Origin: Neoechinorhynchus agilis | Taxonomy: Eukaryota > Animalia > Acanthocephala | Assembly (NCBI GenBank): GCA_051530055.1 | Contig: CM121342.1 | Span: 13,035,480 to 13,099,479, forward strand | Length of the DNA: 64,000 nt | Direction of reading: 5' to 3' | In this document: positions 40,054 through 52,930 of the stretch, piece after piece | How the letters are laid out: each line of letters starts with the position of its first letter | Position numbering within the stretch: the first letter of the stretch is position 1 | Made by a program: the position numbers and the translations under genes | Notes under the pieces: model-generated | The model's database searches: none | What the model saw: the letters and a program-made list of their open reading frames with translations, nothing else | Told to the model about the DNA's origin: nothing

Positions 40054-40309
40054 CTAAAGTGTCACAGAAACTAAAGTTTAGCAAACAAAAATGTGGAAAA
40101 TGATGTAAAAACATTAAATCATGCTTTGCAAAGAGCGGCTTATGCATACAATATCCACAATTACGGTAGCTGCAATTGCAACTCAAACAAAACAAAACAA
40201 ATAGCAATATTTTTATAAAGTCAAGATTTCTTAAATTTACATAAGGCCTATTTTTTTCTCTGGAAAAAGAATATGTGGATACTTGCATTCCACGGAAAAT
40301 TATCCGTGA

Positions 40310-40945
40310 ATAAAACCGTAGTCGTGTTAAAACCATAATGAACTCGCAAAACGACGAAATACCACTGAGTGGGGAAAAACTCACTGATGAGTCCCGCCTC
40401 CTTGGGAGATATCTGAGGATCCTGAGGGATGTACAAACTCATAACCGTATTTTTCAGGGTATTAAGTGATTTTATGCGCTTCCTTTAACCAGATCGGTGG
40501 GCTGCGTGTGCCCAAGAAATCTGCCGTTTAAAGGATGTTCATTTCAACACTTAGACAATAAAATGTAACCGGCTATCCAGACTTTAAATAATATAACACC
40601 TTCCCTAGGCTAATACTGGCGAAGTTTGTACATTCCGTAGTTGCTTCGAGGTGGTCTAGTGGACTTGATTCACGAATTCCCGTTTCAGAGTAAAAAGGGT
40701 TCATAATCCATTATCGTCGATGACTCATAACAAAAGGGGACGAAATACCACTAAAGGGAGGAAACTCACTGATGAGTCCCGCCTCCTTGGGAGATATCTG
40801 AGGATCCTGAGCGATGTACAAACCCATAACCGTATTTTTCAGGGTATTAAGTGTATCAATCATTTCCATTACCCAGATCGATTTTCTCATTGTGCCCAAG
40901 AAATCAGCCGTTTAAGGGATGTTCACTTGAGCAACCATTATAATT
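40310..40945 (+). mobile_element. Two tandem copies of the tRNA-SINE/hammerhead-like repeat
   Basis: The core GACGAAATACCACT...ACTCACTGATGAGTCCC occurs at ~40353 and ~40738. A tRNA-like head CGAGGTGGTCTAGTGG...GGGTTCATAATCC is at ~40647-40710. Confidence 0.72.
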
Positions 40946-41568
40946 TAGGTATTCATATAGAATAAAAAATTAGTTCTAAAGAGCATCCTCGTATTCAGGG
41001 AAACGAAGGCTGAAACCAAACTAAGATCTCATCAAGAGAAGAAGCTTAAGATTAAAATAAATATTTTTTTGAATTGAGATATTTTCCGATTAAGTCTGGC
41101 GCCTTAAAGTAACTCAAAGAAGTAAATAACTGATGAAGCGATTTTCTTGTTATGAATTCAATATTCTCTAGGATCCCCAATGATTTTTTCTCGATTGTTC
41201 AAAATATGGTCTTGTAAAACCGAGTGCATATACATTTGGGGGGTTCAATATTAAAGACCACGCATGGAATCCTGCTTTTACCTCACTATCTTCGTCTTTC
41301 TCGAATGATACGGAAGTGTCATTGTCAATAGCAGTGATGGTCTTTTCTCAGTGAGTGCTGACGTGATTGAACGCGTATATGAGCTTTTATTGACGTGCGA
41401 ATATGAGTAAGCGGGGAGGCTGTTCTTTGTTAGATCCCAGGAAGTCCCGATCAGATGATACATTCTAGACTCGACTCATTGAGTTTGTTTCCTCCCGGTA
41501 AACTGAACGGTCAGTGTGTTCAACCGGAACTTTGTTAGTTGCAAGCCGACGTAGATCAAATATCAAGA

Positions 41569-44500
41569 ATGGATGCTTTAATTCCAGTACTCAATCGACT
41601 TCAAGAAGTATTCGCCACTATTGGACTCAACGTTCAATGTTCTGATCTTGTTCAACTCCCTCAAATTGTCGTGATTGGAGCACAGGTCACCAATAGAGCG
41701 ACCGGCTTTGTAACCTCATTGGCCTCGTCATTTAGAGCTCCGGCAAAAGTTCCGTACTGGAGAATATCGTGGGTAAGGATTTTCTTCCTCGTGGAAATGG
41801 AATCGTAACGAGGAGACCACTGATTCTGCAGCTAGCACGATCGTCCGATGATGAAGGTAAGCTATTTATGAAGAGAGCGTCTGAACTGTTTTTGTTTTCG
41901 GTCAAAAATTCGAATATTTAATCAAGAGCGACCTTTTCACGCCCAATTTTACCCCTAATTGAACTTATTGTGTAATCCGGTCACTCAAACACTTTGAACC
42001 TTCGTAGATAAAGGCAGGCCGAAGACTGATGATTATGCGATATTCAACCACAATCCAAATAAGATATTTACGGAATTCGGTGAAGTTAGAGATGAGATTG
42101 AACGCGAGACCGACCGCGTTACAGGTTCTACAAAGGTAATAATGGTATTGGTTTCCCATTTTAAAACGTCTTCATCTTCCTCGATTTCGTTAGAACATTT
42201 CACCGGAACCCATTTTGCTAAAAATATATTCAGACAAATTGATTCCTTTGACACTAGTGGATTTACCTGGGTTAACGAAGGTCGGTTCACGATCTTGTGT
42301 GGTCATTTTACGATCAGCCATTTCGAATAGGTCCCCGTTGGTGGCCAGCCGGACGATATTGAGTTTCAAATCAAGGATTTAATCATTAGACACATAAAAA
42401 ATCCAAACACAATAATCTTAGTCATCACAGCCGCTAACACTGATTTCTCTACTTCTGAAGCTTTAAAGTTGGCAAGGGAAACTGATCCGGAAGGACGCCG
42501 AACACTCGCTGTACTCACCAAACTTGACATCATGGATCACGGTACCGATGCCTTTGAAGTACTATGTGGTCGTGTTATCAATGTGAAATTGGGAATTATT
42601 GGAGTAATCAATAGGTCACAAAAGGATATTAACGAGTCAAAGCCCATCGATGAAGCTCTCAAATCGGAAACTGCGTTCATTCAACGAGCTTATCCATCAA
42701 TAGCTGCGCGGCATGGAACTGCATATCTCACTCGTACGCTAAATAAGGTATTCTGAGAAAATTTATCATCTGTTAAATTCTTTTTTCTTATTTAGCTTTT
42801 ATTCCAGGGATTTTTGGCTAATCACTAATTTCCGATGAAGGCAGGAAAACGTTTGGCACCATTAGTTCTTTAGCCTTTTGGTTTTTATAACTCATTGGGA
42901 TGCAATTGAAACTTGCCAAAATACAAATGACTAGGACATGTGTGGTGATCATAATCCCCCGGATAAAACATAATTCAATTCGATAAAAAAATATGTTTTA
43001 TCCGGGGATTATGATCACTACACATCTCCAACTCTATCATCCCGAAGGATTTTCTCTCGATAATTAATATCAGTAACCAATCGTCGAGCTCACTTAAAGC
43101 GTACTTCGGTGCCTTCCGACGTCGTCTTATCCCAATAGAATGGGAGTCTTCCTTGGTCTCCAGTGAATTTCAGTTTAGTGTTAATAAGAAATATCATTTT
43201 TTTTCGTGGAGCGTCATCTCAATGAAGTTCCGTTTATATTAGAGAAATGCAGCAGATTCTTATTGAGCCGTTTTGGAAAATTCAAATCAACTTTTGAATT
43301 TATTACCATGATTATTGTAAAATGTTCGTTAACATGCCAAGATTCTCTGGTGTGCTTCACCATATCAGGTTATGCCTTCCAGCTTTAAAAAGTCGCATCA
43401 ATGGTATGCTCTCTCAATTTCACTCAATCGTCAGTTCCCTGGGTGAGGGGATCGAGGATAAGGTACGATAGTTATTTAGCTTAAAGACTAACTTAAACTA
43501 TATACGGCAGCCCCGATTTCTCCTTCAAGTCATTACGAAGTTTGCAAATCATTACTGTTCCACGATTGAAGGCACCGCTAAAATTATTGAGACATCGGAG
43601 TTGACTGGTGGAGCGCGGATCTGCTATATATTTCACGAAGTTTTCGGAAAAACTTTAGAAGCAGTAAATCCGTTGGTTGGACTTCGTAAACTTGACATCC
43701 TTACAGCAATTCGAAACTCCACGGTTCGTGGAAAGTTTTTGGTTTTGTCGAACGAATTTTGTGCATCTAGGGACCACGACCAGCCTTATTTGTGCCAGAA
43801 GTTTCGTTTGAACTTCTTGTAAAAAGACAGATCCATCTCCTTAAAGAACCAAGTATTAGATGTGTTGAACTGGTTCACGATGAGCTTCAGCGAGTTGTAC
43901 AACACTGTGGATTGCAGGTAATGCGTAATCACAACGCTAATTCAATGTTTCGTTTCTGTTAGCAATACTCTTATCGGTTTCCTACTCTTCACGATCAGAT
44001 CGTCGATGTTGTAACGAATTTGTTAAAACGTCGGTTGCCCACTACTATTGAAATGGTAAAGATCGTCGGTGGCATATCTACTTCCTTTAGCGATTTTCAA
44101 AGGTTGAGAACTTGATATTAATCGAATTAGCTTATATAAACACGAAGCATCCTGATTTCCACGAAGCGAATCTAATCCATAAAGCAATTCTTGGAACTGG
44201 TGCTATTAATCGGGAAGCTCGGCACTCTCGACCGAATGGAGTGGTGAGTCTTTATCATTCACGGGAGACGCGATTTTTTCCGTTAAGCAAAATCGGACAT
44301 CAATACGAGCAATCGGCGAGAGGGGAGAGCTTGAGAATATGGAACAAAATGTACGTTTATGCTTGTATTTACTCTTTAAGGCACGAAGAATTTAACTAAA
44401 AAATGTTTTGTTTCCTTCAAAACTTTTTCGCCTGTACTAGTCTTCGAATTATTCAACTTTTAATAATCTCTCGATACCACAACAAATAACAATGTCAGTA

Positions 44501-45201
44501 GATTTAGATGTTAATGTTAAATATCTTGTCCTATATTAAAGTGCAGTTGTTATCGTTTTTTCGAATCCAATCCCAGCAGTGTAAATAATTTTCTGCACTA
44601 TTTTTATTCCTTACTATTCTTGAGTTTTTCTCAATCTAGGTGAATCATGGAAGTGATAACGTCGAGCAGCAACAATCCACCAACTATTCCAGCATTCCCG
44701 ACGTAAATTCAATGATGGGCACCGTATCGGGTCAGTTTGAACCAGTTGAATTTACTGGGCAGGTACAAACGCACTTTTATCATTAAGCACACTAATGATT
44801 GATATTAAGGACACTGATGCGATCACTGTGGACAGTCGATCATTGTCCAACAGGGAAAGAAAAGAGTGTGAAGTAATCGAACGTCTGATTTCTTCGTACT
44901 TTGCGATAGTCCGCAAAAGTATACAGGACAGTGTCCCTAAAGCAATTATGCATTTCCTGGTCAATGAAATTAAGGACAATCTTCAAAGCGAACTCGTATC
45001 TGCACTATATAAAATGGAAAGCCTCAATGGGCTTCTAGTAGAATCTCCGCATATAGCCGACCAGCGAGCCGATGCACTTAAGATGCTCGAGGTAAGTATA
45101 TTTTGGCCGTTTGACCTTAAAACCCTTTTGTTGTCCTAAAGGCACTTCAAAAAGCCAATTTTATAATAAACGAAATCAGAGAAGCTCCTTTATTAAGATA
45201 A
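41569..45201 (+). CDS. DNM1L: Dynamin-related protein 1 (mitochondrial fission GTPase)
   Basis: [83 protein letters not shown] and GED ([13 protein letters not shown]...[11 protein letters not shown]). Includes a 6 nt micro-exon (42796-42801) and a non-canonical segment (42802-43354). Confidence 0.96.
42938..43025. repeat. 88 bp palindrome, family A terminus only
   Basis: ATGTGTGGTGATCATAATCCCC(C)GGATAAAACATA and its reverse complement; related to the ends of 16247-16462. Confidence 0.75.
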
Positions 45202-45279
45202 ATAAAGGCTTTATCTACCGGGATACTACTGGATTGATACTACTGCTACTAAATGGTGTGTCTTATTGTTGTTATGAAT

Positions 45280-47933
45280 CGGCACTTGCAGGGCAATCCT
45301 CGTTGTGATCGTAAATTATAACCGCCTCCTTTTTGCCTGAACTTACGTCGAAAGGAGGAATGAAGTTAAGGTGGTTCCTGTGGAGTACGCACAATTAATA
45401 CACGTATCAAGAAAATGAGAAATACTCACAGCTCGGGATTATGAAAGTATCCCATGAGTTTACCGAGCTCACTGCGACTTCGAAGACATGCCGCCTTGCT
45501 TTTGATGTAACTAAAAGGAAACAGACTTACCGGGTGAACTTCAAGGTACCACTTGAGCTTAAAGTAATTCACGAAGCACTTTTTAGAGATTGTGTTTCTA
45601 TTTTGACAGGATTTTTACTGAAACCACAGTTATTTGAGATTTACTAGTTTTTACTCAGTATCCTTCCTAAAATCCAGCAGGAGTCGATTCAAGAGAATAC
45701 TCACAAGAAATTTAATTTTTTCTTTTGTTCTTCGCTGATGCATCGAACATGCAGCACTTCCAATGGATTTCCAATCAAATTCCTAATGAACGTGCCCAAT
45801 TTACCATTTGTAAATTCATTGCAAACTCACAGTGACTTAATACTATGCAGAGGGCAGAAAATCCCTCTATCCAGCACCTTGATTTTGTTATAACTCAAAT
45901 CCCTATTAGACAAATTTGACTTTACGATTTTGTGGCTGCAAATCAGCCCTTACAAATATTGGAGTGATTCAAGTGGTCGAAAATATCGAGGATCTAGTTC
46001 TTCAAGTTTACATTGACTCATAGAACTGAAGAAATTTTTACAAAGGCCTTTCTGTATTTACTTACAGTAACACTAGATTTCTTTGATCTAGAAATATTGA
46101 GTTCGGAAGATTCGATATTGGATTGTCCCACAAATCTAATCTCCTCAGAGAATGTAACTTATTGAACGTAGTCAGACAAAGGTTCGTTAAATTGTTTCCA
46201 CTTATATCTCTAAATATAAATGCTCATATGGTGTTCGACGAGATCCGTTCTTGCCGTACAATGTTTTAAGATTATGTAGTTCTTCGAATGTCTTGGGATG
46301 TAAATGCGTGATTTGGTTTCCACCCAGATATCTGAACTTTTAGATGTACACTAGAAAACGCGAGCTGTGAACTTACAGATTCTCTAATTTTCCAAGGCTG
46401 TTGAATGTCTGGTAGCTGATTTGTTCGATTTTATTGTAATTCAGTGACCTTAAGCGGTGTTATGCAGGACGTAAATGTGCCTTGGCGATATTTTTCAACT
46501 ATTATGCTAGCGGCCTAAAAATGTTGGCTTCCTTTAAGAATATATTCTTGTTATAAAGAGGTCATCGGAAGCTGCTGGACAAGAGTGTAATTTCGGCCCA
46601 AAAAAGCTGACTTATTGACAAAATATATCCTCTATCGTTACTTAGTTTAATTTAAGCATTGGCGCGTAACAAATAAAATGATTGTAGCGCCGTTAATTAC
46701 TGTTATGCGAAACCGTTGAAGTGTTTGGCTATGCGTTGTTTAAAAAGTAGAGGCTCAACTACCCCATAAATATTGAATCTCCCTAGCCATTCAGAAATTA
46801 AATAAACTTACAGTGTGATTAGTCTTGCGGTTTCCTCGAAAGCAGTCGGTGATATATCGCCCAACCTGTTATTGCTCAAGTCTCTAAATAATAGAATGAA
46901 GTCGATCAAAGGTTAGTACAAAATCCTACAGATCTTCCAAATAAGTCAACTTTACGAATACATTTTTATGTAAGTATCGCAATTTATTGTTGCTTAGATC
47001 CCTAAATGTTTTCGTAAATTTTTACGGCAAGAGCGTACTAAAACCTTACAGTTTTTTAAGGTCCACCAATTTCGAAAATAAATTTGCAAATATTTCGGTC
47101 AAATTATTATTGTTTAAAAGCCTTTTAAATTAAGTATTATTGTGATTAAGGTAAATGAAGATCCTTACAGCGATACAAGTCGCGAGGTCGTTGCAAACGT
47201 ATTTTCATGCAATTTGTTCAGTTGATTATTACTCAGATCTCTAAATGATCGTCAATGCTAAAATTCGGACAGAAAGATGGTCGAAAAATTTACAGGTGAA
47301 ATAGTCGGATCTGTTGCTGAAACAATCTTTCTGGAATATCATGGATTTGATTGTATTCCATATACCTATTTATATTTTTAAGCTTCATGTTAAAAAGTTG
47401 AAACCAGCACTTACAAATACTTTAGATTCTTCAATCCAACAAAAGCAGATTCGTCCGGTATCATGATGTTGTTTTGTGAGATGTCGCTATTGTATAGTCT
47501 AAATACTAGCAATGGAAAAGAAATTTACAGTTTTTCCAGTCCTGCTAATTTTTTTAGAATTTTGATTGGGAGATCAGATATTTCCTTTTTGTGTAAGTCC
47601 CTAAAAATTAGGCAATTTAAAAAAGTATACAAGTATCTCTATCGCACAGTAGCCTGATTTTGTCAATGTCACGGCAATCTCTAACTAATGACGCCAGTTT
47701 CGGAGAATTCAGAGATCTATAAGTAGCAGATATATTTAAGGAGATTTTTTTATTAAAGTTCCCACTTACAATACGATGAGTTTCTTTATATCTTTTGGTT
47801 CGCCACAGTAACATCCAGTATCATTGCAAGATTTCTGAATGTTACTAATGATTTCATTGGTTGATAGACTGAAATTGAGCGCTCGGGTGGAACGGGTCCA
47901 GATTAGGGTCATCACAAAGAATAATGCGATCAT
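45280..47933 (-). CDS. Signal-peptide, leucine-rich-repeat protein with one-LRR-per-exon structure
   Basis: Hydrophobic N-terminus and CNDTGCYC cap, then repeated short exons such as DLSNNQLNKLHENTFATTSRLVSL, DLSNNKLRYLHKNVFVKLTYLEDL and DLSYNKIKVLDRGIFCPLHSIKSL between GT-AG introns. The 3' end is uncertain. Confidence 0.75.
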
Positions 47934-48051
47934 TGTGACACGGCGCTGAAGATAGATTAATTGATTCAATGATTTCTCGCTCGACTTAACCACCTTGAAT
48001 GATCAGCAAACGACTCCAGTTGTATATCAATATTTTGCGTTTTAAATTTTG

Positions 48052-48128
48052 TTGTTGATAGGAGAGATAAATGAAATTAAGATTTTATTGGATATTTCGA
48101 TCCACTATCTCGGATCTTCTTCAGCGAT
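48052..48128 (-). mobile_element. Solo PLE terminus, near-identical to the ends of the 3 kb palindrome
   Basis: TTGTTGATAGGAGAGATAAATGAAATTAAGATTTTATTGGATATTTCGATCCACTATCTCGGATCTTCTTCAGCGAT matches 21964-22040 and 24855-24930. Confidence 0.9.
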
Positions 48129-49579
48129 TGCTTGTATCATATTGTGGAAACAAAACTCGATTTGTTGTTAAAGCCGACGCGCGAGACATAGGCAGCAATG
48201 ATTAACCCATTACTAGCAGCAGTCAAATCTCAGACGCTATAATTCTATAAATAATACCACCAAAAGACATATCGATTATTATGAAACGCTCCATGTGATA
48301 ATCCATCAGGATTTTGAACTTTAAACGCGAAATGGGCAATGAATGCCATAACGTAGAAGTTATACTATTTTTTGAAATCTGAATAAACACATTAAGGATA
48401 ATTTTTATTCTAAATTTGTATAACAATTTCATCAGATTTACATATAACTGTTACTTCACTTATACATTTTCATTGTTCTCTGCTGTATTTCTTATCTGAA
48501 CCTTGCACTAAAGTGTTTTAAACTGTATTATTAAGACATCCTGATTAATTACAAGGTGAAAATTAGCGAGTGCAATTTTTTCAACAGAAAAATTGAATTA
48601 AGTTGCTCCATTTGGAAATTATATGGCGACGATAAAAATTGCATAGCGTGTCTAGGAGTTCATTTTTTGTCAATAATTATGAATATTGTTAAGTTTGATA
48701 CTTAAACGTTCATAATAGGATGGAGAACCGATAATGTTTTTTTGTGATGTTTTTTAAGGAAAATATTCGTGGAGGTATTACGACCTATAGTTGAAAACTA
48801 TTTGAAATCCTGTATTACTACGATGTTAATGTATAAACTGCGTTCCGCCCAGAACTGAATGTGACATTGAGCGATAGGCGGACTCCCATACTGCATTTGT
48901 CGATCTTCCGACCCAGACTGTCTCGTTTCACTGACTCATTCAGAGTGTGCAATGCACACCCGACCGCCACTGTGTTTTTACGATGCAATTTACGTTCATT
49001 CATAACTTTCGAAGAGATTTTATGAGCAACCGGGAGCATTGGTAACATTCAAAACTAACCAATAAGTCATATGGGAATTAACAATAGTAGAAGCGGTAAG
49101 AGAATCCCTGTGAAATTAACACAAATACGTTTCTCGTTCATCATTAATCCCGCTAAACGCTCGTTTAACAACTGCCACGGAATTATGAACCCGAAATCTA
49201 CTGTGAGTAAAGTGCACTAATGCGTTCACTGTCAAACAAAATGAGACTAACGTTCGACAATGTCGGTATATTTCGATTAGGACGCATTTTAATCATTAAA
49301 TGATTATCTTAGGTAAACAGTTTACTTAAAATTAACGAAACTCATCGGCGTTGGTTCATCTTTTTATTCCATGTAGAATCCCGCTCGTGCGAATTTTGCA
49401 CTGAAAATGTGGCCCGGGAAATGAATAAAAAAGTCCAATAATTTTTGACATTTTGTTCACCTTTGATTTTCCTGTGCACCGCGACGTGGTTCGTTCCATG
49501 ACAACAAATAACCAGCATCGAACACAATGAAGTCTTCTGCTTAAACACCATCACCGCACTACGTTCAATAAAAGCACTC

Positions 49580-50506
49580 ATGATTGCACGTCAATGGCTC
49601 AAAAATGTTATTTCACACCGTTATGATCATTCATAACGTTAGCCAAAAGGATATGATCCTTGTCATGTAGGGAATGGATGCAATGGTAAAAAACTGATAA
49701 TAAACAATGCAGAGTACACAGTTGATAGCACCCTCGGAGAAGGTGGATTCGGAACGGTGTATGGTGCCCGCGCTTCCAGTGGTTTACCAGTTGCTATTAA
49801 AGAAACAAGACTGGCTCGGATGCCAAGCTCAAAAATGAGGCATAACGCAAAAATGTACTTAAATGAAATCCATCTCTTAAAGCGTCTTCAACTCCATTCT
49901 CCAAATGCTGCGAATTGCATCGTAAACATCTACGATTATGACTTTGATTACCAGACGGGTACCGCGTACCTTATTGAGGAACGAGGTGTTCCATTTGAGA
50001 GGATGCTAGGAAACAAGCAAGCAGTTCCGGAACCTAAACGACAACGATACTTTTATGGAATGAGTTCGGCTCTCGCAGTTCTTCACACGCACCAAATTGT
50101 TCATGCGGACCTAAAACCAGCTAATTTCATCGTTTGTGGATCATCGATAAAGATCATTGATCTTGGAACGTCGTTTACTTTACCCAGTTATAACATTGTG
50201 GCAAATCGACAAGCTATAGGAACACCGGGATATATGGCACCTGAACAGTGCGGAACACGCGGACGAGCCACGTATGGATTTAAGAGCGATATATACTCCT
50301 TAGGTGCTATCCTGCACGAAATGTCAACGGGAAAAACCCCACCGGCTGAGGGCCTCCACACATGTAGGCGCTTTAAAGACGACAATCCTTATCTTAGTGA
50401 ACTTCTGAACTTAATGCTGCAGCCTAATCCAATGCTGAGACCAAATATCCAACAAGTACTCATGCATCCTTACAATTCGCTCAATCAAACAAATCTATCG
50501 ACGTGA
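49580..50506 (+). CDS. Mps1/TTK-like protein kinase (catalytic domain only); start uncertain
   Basis: LGEGGFGTVY, VAIKE, EIHLLKRLQ, IYDY, IVHADLKPANF, IKIIDLG, GTPGYMAPE, SDIYSLG. Confidence 0.8.
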
Positions 50507-50629
50507 ATAAATAATTTTAAAAATTGTCTAATTTTAAGCAATTTGAGGACGGGGTTGGCTTCGTGTACGTTTGCCGCTATTGAAAAAGCTTTGAACTTTA
50601 GGTCGATTGTATAGACTCACATTTCTTTA

Positions 50630-52057
50630 GGATTTCGTTGGCACCGAAGCACATGCTTTTTCGTTAACGAACACGAATACCAAACGAATCGATTAATCGG
50701 CAAAGGACGATTCAGTAAAGTTTATTCAGCTACTGATGATAATGGATTTGATGTTGCTATTAAGGTGTCCACCTTGTTCGACCATCGGATAAAGACCGTT
50801 TCGAAACATCAGCTGGATGTTTGCCTCAATGAAGCTAGTATTCTTAAATCTCTGTGGAGGAAAGGCGCTGGAGCATTCGTTGTGGCACTGTACGATGACA
50901 TGGTAGATTGGAGTGCTGAATCAGCTTATCTTGTCAAGGAGGGATTTAGTTGAGATGGGAATAGCGAAGAATTTAGTCGTTAAAATAGGGCAAAATATGC
51001 CCCTCCTCGATTCACGAATCGATAATCTCACGCTGTAAGATAGGTGGTGGCTCGCTTGTTTCTATTTAATTTTTCACCTTTTATCAATACCATCACTTTC
51101 TCTGAAATTCCCTTATATAATCATGACAATATGCCTCAAATTCGTTCGTCTGTAACTTAAATTCGACAGCGTATTGTTTCATATACTCAAGATTTTTCGC
51201 TCTGTCTTCTACATAGAATTAAATATATCACGCCTCAATTCAACGCAAAATAAATGTAACCGGCTAGCCAAACTTGAATATAGAACACCCATAACTCGTC
51301 CATAATACATACCAGCGTATTTAATTAATTACCAAATTTAAGCAAAATTGTCGTTGCTATTCATTGTTGAATATACAAGAAGGGATGCCAAAGTACGTTC
51401 TCTTCTTTGATCAAAATGATCTTTGAGCCAAAAACAAAATTTTTATAGCTGAATGATCTCCATATAAGAAACTAATCCTCTCCACTACAGGAGTTAGGCG
51501 AGCAGTGCTTCCATGATGCCTTGAATCGTAATAGACCCATCCATGGATATTGCCGCCGGTATTACTTCAGACAAATGGTTGACATTATGGCTATGCTAAA
51601 GGCATGCCGAATAGTCCATTGTGATTTAAAACCAGAAAATTTTATCGTACTGAACCAAGGTCGTCGTTTAAAACTTATCGATTTTGCATATGCCTTTGAG
51701 ATGCCCCCTAACCAAGGCACACTGCTAAGACATCCATCTGGAACACGTGAATATATGGCACCGGAGCAAGTTCCAAAACAGGATCCTACACTTAAAGGAT
51801 ACTTCCATCCGGTTTTGTTATCCTATCAAACTGATATTTATGGTCTCGGAGCTGTTTTATATGAAATGACCTTTGGAGACCCTCCTTGGACTTACAAACA
51901 TCCGCGTGTTTCTATCCCTCATAATCGTGATCTACAACTTCGAGGACTTGTGATATGGATGCTTACCCCGGACTCCAAGTCTCGACCGACGATTACGCAA
52001 GTGATGTTCCATCCATACTTGAGTCATCTCTTGCCCTCGAAACCTTTCCCCTCGTAG
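50630..52057 (+). CDS. Mps1/TTK-like kinase paralogue, split by a 552 nt stem-ended segment (50936-51487)
   Basis: IGKGRFSKVY, VAIKV, EASILKSL, IVHCDLKPENF, LKLIDFA, GTREYMAPE, TDIYGLG. Confidence 0.8.
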
Positions 52058-52374
52058 GCCGAATGTGATCGCTGTTAGGATTAATAAATTAAACAGTATT
52101 CGAGTACGGTTGTGAAGTCAAGTAGGTAGTCGGTCCAAATACGAAAACGTGAAAAATTGATTAAATCCAGAGAAGCATATATTATCTAAGTCAGACATCT
52201 TATTAGAGCAAAATATTGATTAGAAGTTACGTTATGAAGCTACGGGAGCAACAAATATTCTGATTCCGTGTGCCAATTTTGAGAAGCGTTCTATACAAAG
52301 TATGCCACGGTTAAAATTTGTTTTAAAAGACGAAATACAAAATTCTTTTTTGATTTTTGTGTTTAGGAAATCAG

Positions 52375-52790
52375 ACCCATGTATCTTTGGGTCCTCATAA
52401 ACACACAGATATTCTGTTTTTGGTATGTCCGTTCGGGTGGGAATGTCCGGTTTGGGGATGCCCGTCCGAGTGAGAATTTCCGGCAGTGGATGTCCGTTCT
52501 AGTGCGAAGAGCAGGTATTGTCATGTAAGTTCTGGTGGGCGAATTGGTGGTTAGTGTTTGCAGGAGCGCTTGTACGGTTGGTCTTTCCTCAGGTTCATTT
52601 CAGGTTATGATATCCGAGGAGATTGGGCAGCATGGAAAAAGAAACGTAGGTATAGGGAGGTGTGAGGTCGGTGGAGGGTGAAACGAATTGGGATTACGAG
52701 TGTTGTGCTCATGAGAAAAGGGGCGATATTTAGTAGAAATTGTGGTGGTAGGGTTGATATCCGTTTTGATTGTTTTATGAAAGTAGGAAT
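52375..52790 (-). mobile_element. LINE 3' remnant
   Basis: FSHEHNTRNPNSFHPP-RPHTSLYLRSF(F)P after one frameshift; shared 3' end with 7715 and 19145. Confidence 0.6.
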
Positions 52791-52930
52791 TATTGTTTAG
52801 GTCTACGCCCGGTAAATGATTATTTATTAAAGACGTTTCGAACCTCGTCGGGTTCATCATCAGTACCCGACGAGGTTCAAAACATCTTTAATAAATAATC
52901 CTTTACCGGGTTTAGACCTAAACAATAATT
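52788..52930. mobile_element. 143 bp palindrome of a PLE terminus with a textbook minimal hammerhead
   Basis: Minus strand 52832-52863 reads CTGATGA-T-GAACC-CGACGA-GGTTC-GAAA-CG-TC followed by TTTAATAAA. Confidence 0.8.
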
